Below, one piece after another: positions 20,261-29,225 of a stretch of 37,784 nt of DNA. The stretch spans positions 1 through 37,784 of the forward strand of contig JBILRJ010000001.1 in the NCBI GenBank assembly GCA_044372695.1, given 5' to 3'. The position numbers and the translations under genes are program-made. Source of the DNA: Spirosomataceae bacterium (GTDB lineage Bacteria; Bacteroidota; Bacteroidia; Cytophagales; Spirosomataceae). Within the stretch, counting starts at the first letter, position 1; each line of letters opens with the position of its first letter. The notes under the pieces were generated by a model that saw nothing but the letters and a program-made list of their open reading frames with translations, was not told where the DNA came from and made no database searches.

Positions 20261-21165
20261 TGAAAATATTGATTACGGGCTCATCTGGCTTTTTAGGAAA
20301 ACATATCTCAAATGTTTTCAATAGAAATGATAAGGTATATTCTCTTGCTAGGGCTAATGCTTATTTCAATGTTTATTTAGAAAAAAACATTCCTAAATTT
20401 GAAAAAACTTTTGATTTAGTTATTCACGCCGCTGGTAAAGCACATTCTATCCCTACAACTTCACAAGAAAAGCAAGCTTTTTTTGATGTCAATTTATTTG
20501 GTACTAATAATTTATTACAAGGTTTGACTAATTCAGGTTTTCCTAAGTATTTTGTTTTTATTAGTTCAGTAGCTGTATATGGTAAAGATTTTGGATCTAA
20601 TTTGGATGAAAACACTTCTTTGTCTGCCACTGATTCTTACGGTTTAAGTAAAATTGAGGCTGAACGCAAGGTCCAAGATTGGTGTCAAAAACATAATGTT
20701 ATTTGTACAATATTGCGTTTGCCTCTCATTGTAGGATCAAATCCTCCTGGAAATTTGGAGGCTATGATAAATGGAATTCAAAAGGGATACTATTTTAATA
20801 TAGCTGGGGGTAAGGCAAAAAAAAGTATGGTTTTAGCAAAAGATGTAGCTAGATTCATTCTTAAAGTTGCAGAGATAGGTGGAATTTATAATTTAACGGA
20901 TGGCTATCATCCTTCATTCGCAGAACTTTCCAATCATATTTCTATTCAATTAGGTAAAGGGGAACTGATGAATTTGCCAATTTGGTTGGCAAAGATAATT
21001 GCCAATTTTGGAGATTTATTAGGCAGTAAAGCACCTCTAAATACGAACAAACTTAATAAAATTACTTCAGATTTAACGTTTGATGATAGTAAAGCTAGGG
21101 AGGCTTTTGGTTGGGCTCCTACACCTGTATTGGAAGGTTTTAAGTTAAATAGCAATGCTCAATAG
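20260..21165 (+). CDS. NAD-dependent nucleotide-sugar epimerase/dehydratase
   Basis: TGSSGFLG, ISSVAVYG, YGLSK. Confidence 0.88.
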   Translation: MKILITGSSGFLGKHISNVFNRNDKVYSLARANAYFNVYLEKNIPKFEKTFDLVIHAAGKAHSIPTTSQEKQAFFDVNLFGTNNLLQGLTNSGFPKYFVFISSVAVYGKDFGSNLDENTSLSATDSYGLSKIEAERKVQDWCQKHNVICTILRLPLIVGSNPPGNLEAMINGIQKGYYFNIAGGKAKKSMVLAKDVARFILKVAEIGGIYNLTDGYHPSFAELSNHISIQLGKGELMNLPIWLAKIIANFGDLLGSKAPLNTNKLNKITSDLTFDDSKAREAFGWAPTPVLEGFKLNSNAQ

Positions 21166-21706
21166 ACTTTTCGCTTTAATTCTTTTATTAGGTCTGTCAC
21201 CATTATTTTTATTAGTGGCTATTTCTATTTTTATAGAGGATGGCATTCCTATATTTTTCAAGCAGAAAAGAGTAGGGATATATTATACTTTCTTCAATAT
21301 TTACAAGTTTAGAAGCATGAAGAAGAACACCCCGAATGTGGCAACTCATTTATTAGATAATCCAGCCCAGTATTTATTAAAGATTGGGGCATTTATTCGT
21401 AAAACAAGTTTAGATGAATTGCCTAATTTGATAAATATTATTAAGGGAGAAATGGTATTTGTTGGACCTCGGCCAGCATTGTATAACCAGGATGATTTAA
21501 TGGCATTGCGCGTTGCGGCAGGGGTGGATCAATTGAAGCCAGGGATCACAGGTTGGGCGCAGATAAATGGGCGGGATGAGATTTCAGATCAGGCAAAAGT
21601 GGATTTTGATAGCTATTATTTAGCAAATAAATGCCTTTGGCTCGATTTAAAAATTATTTGCCTCACCTTTTTTAAGGTATTACTAGTCAAAGGAGTAAAG
21701 CATTAA
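21155..21706 (+). CDS. Initiating phosphoglycosyl (sugar) transferase, short PglC-like form
   Basis: KFRSM, SLDELP, VGPRP, KPGITGWAQINGR. Confidence 0.93.
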   Translation: MLNRLFALILLLGLSPLFLLVAISIFIEDGIPIFFKQKRVGIYYTFFNIYKFRSMKKNTPNVATHLLDNPAQYLLKIGAFIRKTSLDELPNLINIIKGEMVFVGPRPALYNQDDLMALRVAAGVDQLKPGITGWAQINGRDEISDQAKVDFDSYYLANKCLWLDLKIICLTFFKVLLVKGVKH

Positions 21707-22323
21707 TCTGAAAATCTAGCAAAGGAGTATTTACTGAACCTCTGAGGAATCACCTGAATTCCTAAATCCAAGTCCAATCTAGGGCCACATTTGATTTCAA
21801 TCACAAAAGAATCTTTCATGCTTCTAGATCTTCCAAAACGAAGTTCTTTGGTGTGTAACTGATGATCCAAGGTAATTCGTATCCCTTTAGAAGAATTGAA
21901 ATAATAGTTTCTTTGGTATTCAATTAGAGCGGTGGCCTTTAAAGGTAATGCACACCATTGGGAAGCTTTCTGTTCCCATGCCGCAAAATCATTGAGGTCA
22001 GGTGCTTCCTTTCCCAATTTCAACAAGTCTTTTTTTCCCAAGACATCTCTTTTAATTTTTTTTTCCAATTGTATCCCCTCTCCATCGTTGTAATATCTAC
22101 AACGCACCTTCATTCGGTTCGAAATACCATCCAAAGAATCATAGAAAAAGTCTTCATCAATGGTGTCAAAATAAATGGAATGCACCTTTCTTGCTTCATA
22201 TTGCTCTATAAAATTCAACTTGGATAACTGATTTTTAATAAAAGCAAATTGAGTCATTGGAAGTAAAAATTTCACTTCCTTGCGGTAATTATTTGACAGA
22301 AGCTTTTCCGAATTTTTTTCCAT
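21703..22323 (-). CDS. VTC (CYTH-like polyphosphate polymerase) domain protein
   Basis: RKEVKF, SIYFDT, RMKVRCRYY, LEKKIK, RITLD, VIEIK, FSKY. Confidence 0.85.
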   Translation of the reverse strand: MEKNSEKLLSNNYRKEVKFLLPMTQFAFIKNQLSKLNFIEQYEARKVHSIYFDTIDEDFFYDSLDGISNRMKVRCRYYNDGEGIQLEKKIKRDVLGKKDLLKLGKEAPDLNDFAAWEQKASQWCALPLKATALIEYQRNYYFNSSKGIRITLDHQLHTKELRFGRSRSMKDSFVIEIKCGPRLDLDLGIQVIPQRFSKYSFARFSD

Positions 22324-24415
22324 ACATGTAATTTTTTATATCCACCGTTGTGCGGATGCTATTTTTATTGGTAAGTACCACACTTGGTTCAATGAGATAG
22401 CTTAGTTTGCTTAATTCATCAGAAGTGACAGTTAATTGAGGAGCCTCAAACATGCCTTTTTTTCCATAAGCCGCTAAATCCAAATGATTGTTTTTCACTT
22501 CAATCTCATTAATTTTCAAAAGACTTTCATCTTTCAATCCCATAGCAATTTCTGAATCTTGAATGACGACTTGTAGAATGCCTAATTGAGATTTTTCCCC
22601 AACAGAAATTCCCTTGTCTCCACAATGTAAGATTTTCGTATTAACAATACTACCCATACTTCCCCCAAAATCAACGCCATCATTTCCACAATCCTTAATC
22701 ACAGAATTTTGGATGATCCCCTTTGAAAAATCCACATCAATTCCATCGTATTTGGCATTTGTAACTTGTACTTGATTGAAATGAAAATTCGAGCGAAACA
22801 AATTCACCAAATCATCACCGGAATGATTGCCAGAAAATGAAACCTGATCCAATTTGACATTTGATTGATAAAAAGTAATGGCAGAAGTAACTTCCCTGTT
22901 GGGATTTTTTATTTGGTTGCCAAATCCTTTGAAATGAATATGGTGCAAGTTGATTTTTGCATTTTCAAATATAATCGTTGAGCTGGAGTCACCCGAGAAT
23001 TCTATGTTTTGATTGCCTAGGCGAGTAATGTTACCTGAAAAGATGATTGTCGCATTTTTGGCAATGATCTTGGATTGATCACTGAATCGTATTTCTTTAA
23101 ATGTTGAAAAATCATAGATACCATCTTTTAATATCCAAAGCTTGGGTGTTTGCAAAACCTGTCTGTTTTCAATAGGTTTTTTTACAAGAGGTGTGGAAAA
23201 ATGGATAGGAACCCGCATCCTTTTTTTAAAGGCAAAAGACCATGGATAATATTTTTGGGAATAGTAATAGAGATTTTTGAGATCATCGTTACTTTTAATG
23301 TACTTGTCAATATCAATCTGTTGAATTTGTTGAGAATAATAATCCAACCAAAAATTGAATGAATTAAAATTTGAATAGCTTTTGCTATTTAAATCTGTTT
23401 TTTTTAAAAAAATCTTTTTTAAAACTTGATAGTCATTCGTGCTCGGGATGGTAGAAGCAATAAATTCAACCTCTCTTAAGAATGGTTTCAATTCTCCTGA
23501 AATAGGATTGACATAGAAGTTAAGATTGAAGCCTCCAAAATGGTGAGTAGTCCCTCCTGTATTAATGCCCACTGCTGCTAAAAAAGCGTAATCTTTTGTG
23601 TTAATGAAATTGACCAATTTTTTGTCTTGGAAAGCATTTTCATAAAATTGGTAGCTTTTTTTTTGTCTATCACTTAAATCATTGTAGCCATTCGGATGTA
23701 CAACTTTTAGGTGGGCTTTGCCATTTACATCGGTAGAATCTTCACTGATAATCATATAATCTCGATAGGCCTGATTTTCAATCACTTCTTTGGAAAAAAA
23801 AGGCTCAAAAATCTGTAATTGATAGGTATCAAGAAGACGCGTCAGGATCGGTTTAGAATCAATATCCATGCCCCCTTGCGCTTTGTACACTTCATTGTAA
23901 AAAGCATCTATAAAAAATCCCCTGGAATAGGGGATTAGTAAATTGAATTTTTGGTATTTGTGTAAATATTGTTCCCCACTCAGTTTCACTCTGACAGACC
24001 AATTATTGGCTTCTCTAAAATGATCTGCATTCATGCCAACCATTTTGAATTTTCCTTTCAGTGTTTGATTGTTTGCATTGAGTGCAAATGATGCTTTGAT
24101 CCAAGGTCTTTCTCCAATCCACTGTTGACCATAAGTGGAGATATTTTCTAAGGTGTTGATTTTATTGGAGCGGATTTTAATCAGTGCATTCTGTTTTTTT
24201 TTGCTTAATTGAAATACCATTGTATCAATTTTGCCTATGGTTTTGGCATCAAATTGAATACTATTTTCTTGAAAATTTTGGACGGCAAAAAATACATCAT
24301 ATACTTTTCTAAGTGTGCCATTTCGCAAGGTAGCAATACCGGCCAAAAAGGAAACAAGGCACAAAAAAAGGATGAGTAAAAAAAGCAGTAAGAGGTTATT
24401 TTTTGAAAAGCGCAT
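22289..24415 (-). CDS. Membrane-anchored CotH-like kinase domain fused to right-handed parallel beta-helix
   Basis: N-terminal TM; DHFRE..WSVRVKL, FSKEVIE, NFYVNPISGELKPF; C-terminal DGIDVDFS / DGVDFGGS / DKGISVGE repeats. Confidence 0.65.
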   Translation of the reverse strand: MRFSKNNLLLLFLLILFLCLVSFLAGIATLRNGTLRKVYDVFFAVQNFQENSIQFDAKTIGKIDTMVFQLSKKKQNALIKIRSNKINTLENISTYGQQWIGERPWIKASFALNANNQTLKGKFKMVGMNADHFREANNWSVRVKLSGEQYLHKYQKFNLLIPYSRGFFIDAFYNEVYKAQGGMDIDSKPILTRLLDTYQLQIFEPFFSKEVIENQAYRDYMIISEDSTDVNGKAHLKVVHPNGYNDLSDRQKKSYQFYENAFQDKKLVNFINTKDYAFLAAVGINTGGTTHHFGGFNLNFYVNPISGELKPFLREVEFIASTIPSTNDYQVLKKIFLKKTDLNSKSYSNFNSFNFWLDYYSQQIQQIDIDKYIKSNDDLKNLYYYSQKYYPWSFAFKKRMRVPIHFSTPLVKKPIENRQVLQTPKLWILKDGIYDFSTFKEIRFSDQSKIIAKNATIIFSGNITRLGNQNIEFSGDSSSTIIFENAKINLHHIHFKGFGNQIKNPNREVTSAITFYQSNVKLDQVSFSGNHSGDDLVNLFRSNFHFNQVQVTNAKYDGIDVDFSKGIIQNSVIKDCGNDGVDFGGSMGSIVNTKILHCGDKGISVGEKSQLGILQVVIQDSEIAMGLKDESLLKINEIEVKNNHLDLAAYGKKGMFEAPQLTVTSDELSKLSYLIEPSVVLTNKNSIRTTVDIKNYMYGKKFGKASVK

Positions 24416-24422
24416 GTCAACT

Positions 24423-25088
24423 TTACAAGTAAAAATTTTGGTTGATTCTAAATGAAAAATTTTCTTTACTTAACCATTGGCAAGTTTCATGTACCTCTGT
24501 TTCCAAATAATTATTAAAGGTAGCGGTCAATTCAAACTTTTCTCCCGTCTTTTCAATGGAAACAATTTGATTGTTGTTTTTAGTAAGTTGTTGAATAATT
24601 GTTTCTAAGGAATTTCCCCCATCAAAAGTGACATATATGAATTGGGAGTGTAGTCTTTGTTGATTTTTGAAATTTCGGAAATAAATGAAAAGCAAGATAA
24701 ATCCAAATACAACCAAAGTATATAAATATTGATTAGATGCTAAGGAAATGGAAAGGGCGATAAGCATCAAAAGATACATGATTTGTTCGGTGTCTTTGAT
24801 TGCATTTCTGAAACGAACAATGGATAATGCACCCACCATGCCCAGTGATAAAACCACGGAAGATTTAATGACAGATATAATAAGGAAAATGGAAACAGAC
24901 CAAATGATAAAAAAGGAAGCGAAATATTTTTTATCGCCCAATGTTTGCCCTTTTTGCTCATATAATTTTTGAACAATATATGTTAAAATGATTAATACAA
25001 GAAAGGAGCCGATGAACTCAATGAATGAACCACTTCGTCCTTCAATGGACGTATTGCTGTCTAAAATGCTTTTTAGATCTTTTTCCAT
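24423..25088 (-). CDS. DUF4956 membrane protein
   Basis: LSLGMVGALSIVRFRNAIKD signature; TM helices plus small C-terminal domain. Confidence 0.88.
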   Translation of the reverse strand: MEKDLKSILDSNTSIEGRSGSFIEFIGSFLVLIILTYIVQKLYEQKGQTLGDKKYFASFFIIWSVSIFLIISVIKSSVVLSLGMVGALSIVRFRNAIKDTEQIMYLLMLIALSISLASNQYLYTLVVFGFILLFIYFRNFKNQQRLHSQFIYVTFDGGNSLETIIQQLTKNNNQIVSIEKTGEKFELTATFNNYLETEVHETCQWLSKENFSFRINQNFYL

Positions 25089-25269
25089 GTGATAATTAAC
25101 TAATTAAACGTAATAAAGCTTGCAAGTTAATTAATTATTGATTTAATGGTACGCTTTTTTTTATTTAATGGTCTTTTTTCGCCTATATCAAGGAGTATTT
25201 AGTTCTTTTTTTCTTCCATAACTAAATAATGAATATGTTTCCCCGTTTTTTAAACCTAAGAAAATCATG

Positions 25270-25425
25270 AAAAATAAGGTATAATAGGTAAAAGGTAATA
25301 GAAAATGGAAAGAGCAAAAAAATAAAACCGAGGAGCCGGTGGCTGAGGCTCTCGAAGCCGCCTTCTTTCAATGCCTGGGAGTCGAAGGCGGAGTACGAAA
25401 TAGGTAAGAGGTAATAGAATCTTTG
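25270..25425. repeat. Repeat mosaic: AGGTAAN heptamers and two hairpin repeats
   Basis: CCGGTGGCTGAGGCTCTCGAAGCC at 25336; degenerate unit at 25371. Confidence 0.75.
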
Positions 25426-25587
25426 TCCTCCTCTCCCCATTGGGTACTGCATACTTCCTTATTTGAAAATAGTCGTTTGGCGCCTATTAATATTAATTTA
25501 ATGTTATTTGCGCCTGGTATTCATCTTTTGCGCTTGTTTTTATCAATTCAGTAAATTTTACTATATTGCGCCTATAATTTTTATAAA

Positions 25588-27150
25588 ATGATTTATAGCG
25601 CTCATATTTCAACTATTGCGCCCATAATTAATGGGATTCAAAAGCCTGTCCCAGGCTACACTGTTGGTTATGTAGCTATTATTCAAAAATTTCGTCTAGA
25701 AATACCTTATCCTCTTATTTTGACCATGGTTGCAGAAAAAAACCAAAGTCTTGAAAATGAGGTATGGAGAGTTTTTCCCATAAGCTATTTGCCAGAGGAT
25801 AATAATGAAATAACGGTAATCAAGGCACTCTACAATCATTTAGTGTTTGCCTTAAAATATGAAGGAGTAAATCTATTAGTGTTTTCAAAACTTGTTCAAA
25901 TATTGACAGAGGAGGAAGTGCTGGAGTTGGTAAGTATTGAACCAACAGGTCAATATTCAAGACGAATTTGGTTTTTAATGGAATGGATTGCAGGCAAACC
26001 AATCAAAGGGAAAGATGATTTAAAGAAGAAAAGCTATGTCCCAGTTGTTGATTCAACATTACAATATACGGTATCTGGAATTAAATCTCCACGTCATTTA
26101 GTATTAAATAATTTACCGGGTAGTAACAAATTTTGTCCATTAATATTTAAGTCTGAAAAATTAGAGAGACATATAAAAAAGAACTATCAAAATATTAACA
26201 AAAACAAACTTTCTTTAGTAGGCAAAGATATTTTACAAAGAGCATCTAAATTTTTATTATTAAAAGACTCAAAGGCTTCTTTTACAATCGAGGGAGAAAG
26301 TCCAAAAAGTAAAAGAGCCACTAGATGGGGAAGTGCGATAGGGCAAGCTGGCCTTAATGAACTTACAAAAGATGAAATAGTTAGACTACAGGATTTAGTA
26401 ATCGAGAATGGTAGATTTATTCAAATGGGATTGAGAGTTCAAGGCGGATTTGTCGGAGAGCATGATAGGATCACAGGCGAACCTATTCCCGACCATATTT
26501 CTGCTAAATATGAAGATCTTGATGAATTGATTGATGGATTGATTGAAGTAAATAGAATACTTATAAACAATGATTTTGATGCTGTTTTGGCAGCCACAAT
26601 AATTGCCTTTGGGTTTGTTTTTATACACCCATTTGAAGACGGAAACGGAAGAATTCATCGATATCTAATACATCACTTATTAGCAAAAAAGAAGTTTGTG
26701 GACCAAGGAATAATATTTCCTATTTCAGCTTCAATTCTAGATCATATATCTGATTATCGGTTTGTATTAGAATCATATTCTAGGCCTTTATTGGAATTTA
26801 TTGAATGGAAAGAAACTTCTAAACATAATATAATGGTAGTCAATAATACGAAAGATTTTTACCGATTTTTTGACGCAACTAAACAAGCTGAATTTCTGTT
26901 TGATTGTGTAGAAGATACCGTTGAAAATATAATACCTAAAGAGATAAAGTATCTTTCAAATTATGATGCTCTCAAGAGATATTTGGAGGAAGAATTTGAA
27001 ATGCCAGATAAACTAATAGCATTACTAGTTCGATTTTTAGAACAAAATAATGGCCTAATTTCAAAAAGAGCTAGAGAAAATGAATTTAGCATGTTAGAGC
27101 CGCAAGAAATTGAGGTTATTGAAGCAGAGTTTAAATCTATTTTTATGTAA
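25588..27150 (+). CDS. Fic-domain protein, long form
   Basis: Canonical HPFEDGNGRIHR; SFTIEGE motif. Confidence 0.92.
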   Translation: MIYSAHISTIAPIINGIQKPVPGYTVGYVAIIQKFRLEIPYPLILTMVAEKNQSLENEVWRVFPISYLPEDNNEITVIKALYNHLVFALKYEGVNLLVFSKLVQILTEEEVLELVSIEPTGQYSRRIWFLMEWIAGKPIKGKDDLKKKSYVPVVDSTLQYTVSGIKSPRHLVLNNLPGSNKFCPLIFKSEKLERHIKKNYQNINKNKLSLVGKDILQRASKFLLLKDSKASFTIEGESPKSKRATRWGSAIGQAGLNELTKDEIVRLQDLVIENGRFIQMGLRVQGGFVGEHDRITGEPIPDHISAKYEDLDELIDGLIEVNRILINNDFDAVLAATIIAFGFVFIHPFEDGNGRIHRYLIHHLLAKKKFVDQGIIFPISASILDHISDYRFVLESYSRPLLEFIEWKETSKHNIMVVNNTKDFYRFFDATKQAEFLFDCVEDTVENIIPKEIKYLSNYDALKRYLEEEFEMPDKLIALLVRFLEQNNGLISKRARENEFSMLEPQEIEVIEAEFKSIFM

Positions 27151-27156
27151 AATAGG

Positions 27157-27713
27157 TATTAATGCGAATTAAGAGTTGAAATATCTTATAAATTTAGAAA
27201 ATGTTAATTTGAGCTTTTCAAAATGAGCTTTTTACAACTACCTGTTATTCCCGACGAAAGATTTAAGTGAAAACTGATAAATTACGAAGTGTCGATTAAC
27301 AATTGCTTTTACAAATCAGGACCTTGACTAGCTTGGTCGTGTTCACTTTTCAATTCCACGGATTGCATCCGCGGTTATGCATAATCAACCCCTGCGGGGT
27401 TGTTGTAAATGCTACATCCTAAGTATATTTAGCCTGAAAGGCTAAAATGTGCATAACCTCGGATACAATCCGTGGAGAGAAAGAAAGATGATTAAAATAA
27501 TAAGACAAAAGTCTAGATTATTTCCTAGCCTCAAAAATTTTGAACCTGATCCACTTAATCTTAAGTACTAATTCGTGTGTTTTAATGCTAAAAAGCGATG
27601 ATTATCAGACACTTACCCTAAATTTAACACTATTTTCCTACCTCATTTTCTTATTTTCTCTAACAAAGTATAACCTTATATTTTATTATTTCAACCCTTA
27701 ATTCGCATTAATA
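27157..27713. mobile_element. Non-coding segment bounded by 27-bp inverted repeats (MITE-like), copy 1
   Basis: TATTAATGCGAATTAAGAGTTGAAATA at 27157-27183 versus its reverse complement at 27687-27713, one mismatch; no clear target duplication. Confidence 0.5.
27355..27476. repeat. Branched REP-like palindrome
   Basis: Outer stem TCCACGGATTGCATCCGCGGTTATGCA / TGCATAACCTCGGATACAATCCGTGGA enclosing CAACCCCTGCGGGGTTG and TTTAGCCTGAAAGGCTAAA hairpins. Confidence 0.8.
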
Positions 27714-27715
27714 AA

Positions 27716-28108
27716 AAGTCGACCGCAAGGGTCGACTCTACTAATACCTAATAACTAAAAACTAATCCCTACTACCGTTGGATAAGAATATGGTCAAATA
27801 GTTTATACAAAGATCTATAATTGATAATTTTGAATTAGAAATAGACCTACTCTTTACCATGAGTTTTCCGCCCAATTTTAAAAATCGATTAAGCCTCAAG
27901 GAAATATTAAAAACCATTGTCGTCATTTTTACTGGAAACATTCTATTCATTTTGTACATCACGGACCTGTTTTCCATTAGTATCCTCCAAACACGATTTC
28001 TGATCATCGATCTACTGGTACTCGCCTCTCTTCTTTACGGGATTCTTTTGATCAAATATTACCTTAAACAAAATAGGTCTTAGTAGAGTCGACCCTTGCG
28101 GCCGACTT
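27716..28108. repeat. Inverted pair of GTAG-type REP-like elements
   Basis: 27716-27750 and 28074-28108 are reverse complements over 35 bp with 2 mismatches; third copy at 3177-3204. Confidence 0.85.
27859..28083 (+). CDS. Small two-helix membrane ORF, possibly a fragment of a CapD/PglF-like N-terminal domain
   Basis: Hydrophobic 74 aa; SLKEILK..RFLIIDLL pattern is only loosely similar. Confidence 0.3.
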   Translation: MSFPPNFKNRLSLKEILKTIVVIFTGNILFILYITDLFSISILQTRFLIIDLLVLASLLYGILLIKYYLKQNRS

Positions 28109-28121
28109 AGGTAAAAGGTAA

Positions 28122-28514
28122 TCATGCGAATTAAGAGTTGAAATTATCATTATGGTCAGTTTTTAACGTATGTTTAAAAGCGAATTTACATTTACTATTT
28201 CCCTGTTTCTTTTACAAAAATGCAATTTACGGGCTAATTCTTTTTCTATGGTATTTCTTTTTTTGAAAAAAAAGAAACAAAAAACTTAAATGAATTATGA
28301 GTTATGAATTATGATTTAAGAAATTAAGACAAAGGCTTACACATTTCAAAAAATATTCATAACTCATAATCTATAATTCATACCTCATAATCCATAATTC
28401 ATACTTCATAATTATTCAGGCTGCGTTCAAATCTTTCGTTAGGATTAAGCGTTGGCCATAAATGAAATATTTATAACGAATGACCCAATGTTTTTTAACC
28501 CTTAATTCGCATTA
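28122..28514. mobile_element. Non-coding segment bounded by the same inverted repeats, copy 2
   Basis: ATGCGAATTAAGAGTT at 28124-28139 and AACCCTTAATTCGCAT at 28497-28512; AGGTAAN units on both flanks. Confidence 0.45.
28291..28413. repeat. Inverted heptamer tracts (TTATGAA)n / (TTCATAA)n
   Basis: Perfect 16-bp IR 28294-28309 / 28355-28370 with further units on both sides. Confidence 0.85.
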
Positions 28515-28689
28515 ATAGGTAATAGGGAAAAGAATCTTTGTGTCCTTTGTGGTAAATAAAACGTAATGAAGAATTTCGAGGCATTTTAAAAATGGATGAG
28601 TAAATTAAAAATCAAACAAAAGTGTATTATATGGCACAAATTAATGTTTTTTTGAATATTTTTTGTAGTATTGCATAAAATAGAGCAAT

Positions 28690-28908
28690 ATGATGCACCT
28701 TTTTATAGTGGTTAAACAAATAAAAGAACGACGAGAAATGCTAAAGATTACGCAAGAAAATTTAGCAGATTTATCAGGAGTCGGACTTCGGACAATAAAA
28801 CAGTTGGAGGGAGGTAAAGCTAATCCCACCTTTAACACCCTACAAGAAATTGCGGATGTACTTGGATTGGAACTGGTTTTACAAGTTAAAAGACTAAATA
28901 AAGTATGA
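28690..28908 (+). CDS. XRE-family HTH antitoxin (HipB-like)
   Basis: ITQENLADLSGVGLRTIKQLEGGKANPT; overlaps the next gene. Confidence 0.9.
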   Translation: MMHLFIVVKQIKERREMLKITQENLADLSGVGLRTIKQLEGGKANPTFNTLQEIADVLGLELVLQVKRLNKV

Positions 28909-29225
28909 GAACAGGGCAAGTGTTTTATAAAAACCAATTAGCAGGTATTCTGAGTCAACTGGATAACGGAAGTTTTGTTTTTCAATATGATGAACAGTGG
29001 TTTAATGACAGCAGCAAGCCATCCATAAGTTTGACCTTTCCGAAAAACAAAATGGAATTTCAATCGCCAACACTTTTTCCATTTTTTTTCAATTTTATTC
29101 CCGAGGGGGTGAACAAGCGTTTAATTTGTAGTAAAAAACGAATAGATTTTAATGATTATTTCGGCATTTTACTTGAAGTAGCAGCTGGAGATACTATTGG
29201 AGCCGTTCAAGTTATTAAAACGTAA
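28905..29225 (+). CDS. Stand-alone HipA N-terminal domain protein (HipS-like)
   Basis: FVFQYD..ISLTFP..LFPFFFNFIPEG..DTIGAV. Confidence 0.88.
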   Translation: MRTGQVFYKNQLAGILSQLDNGSFVFQYDEQWFNDSSKPSISLTFPKNKMEFQSPTLFPFFFNFIPEGVNKRLICSKKRIDFNDYFGILLEVAAGDTIGAVQVIKT

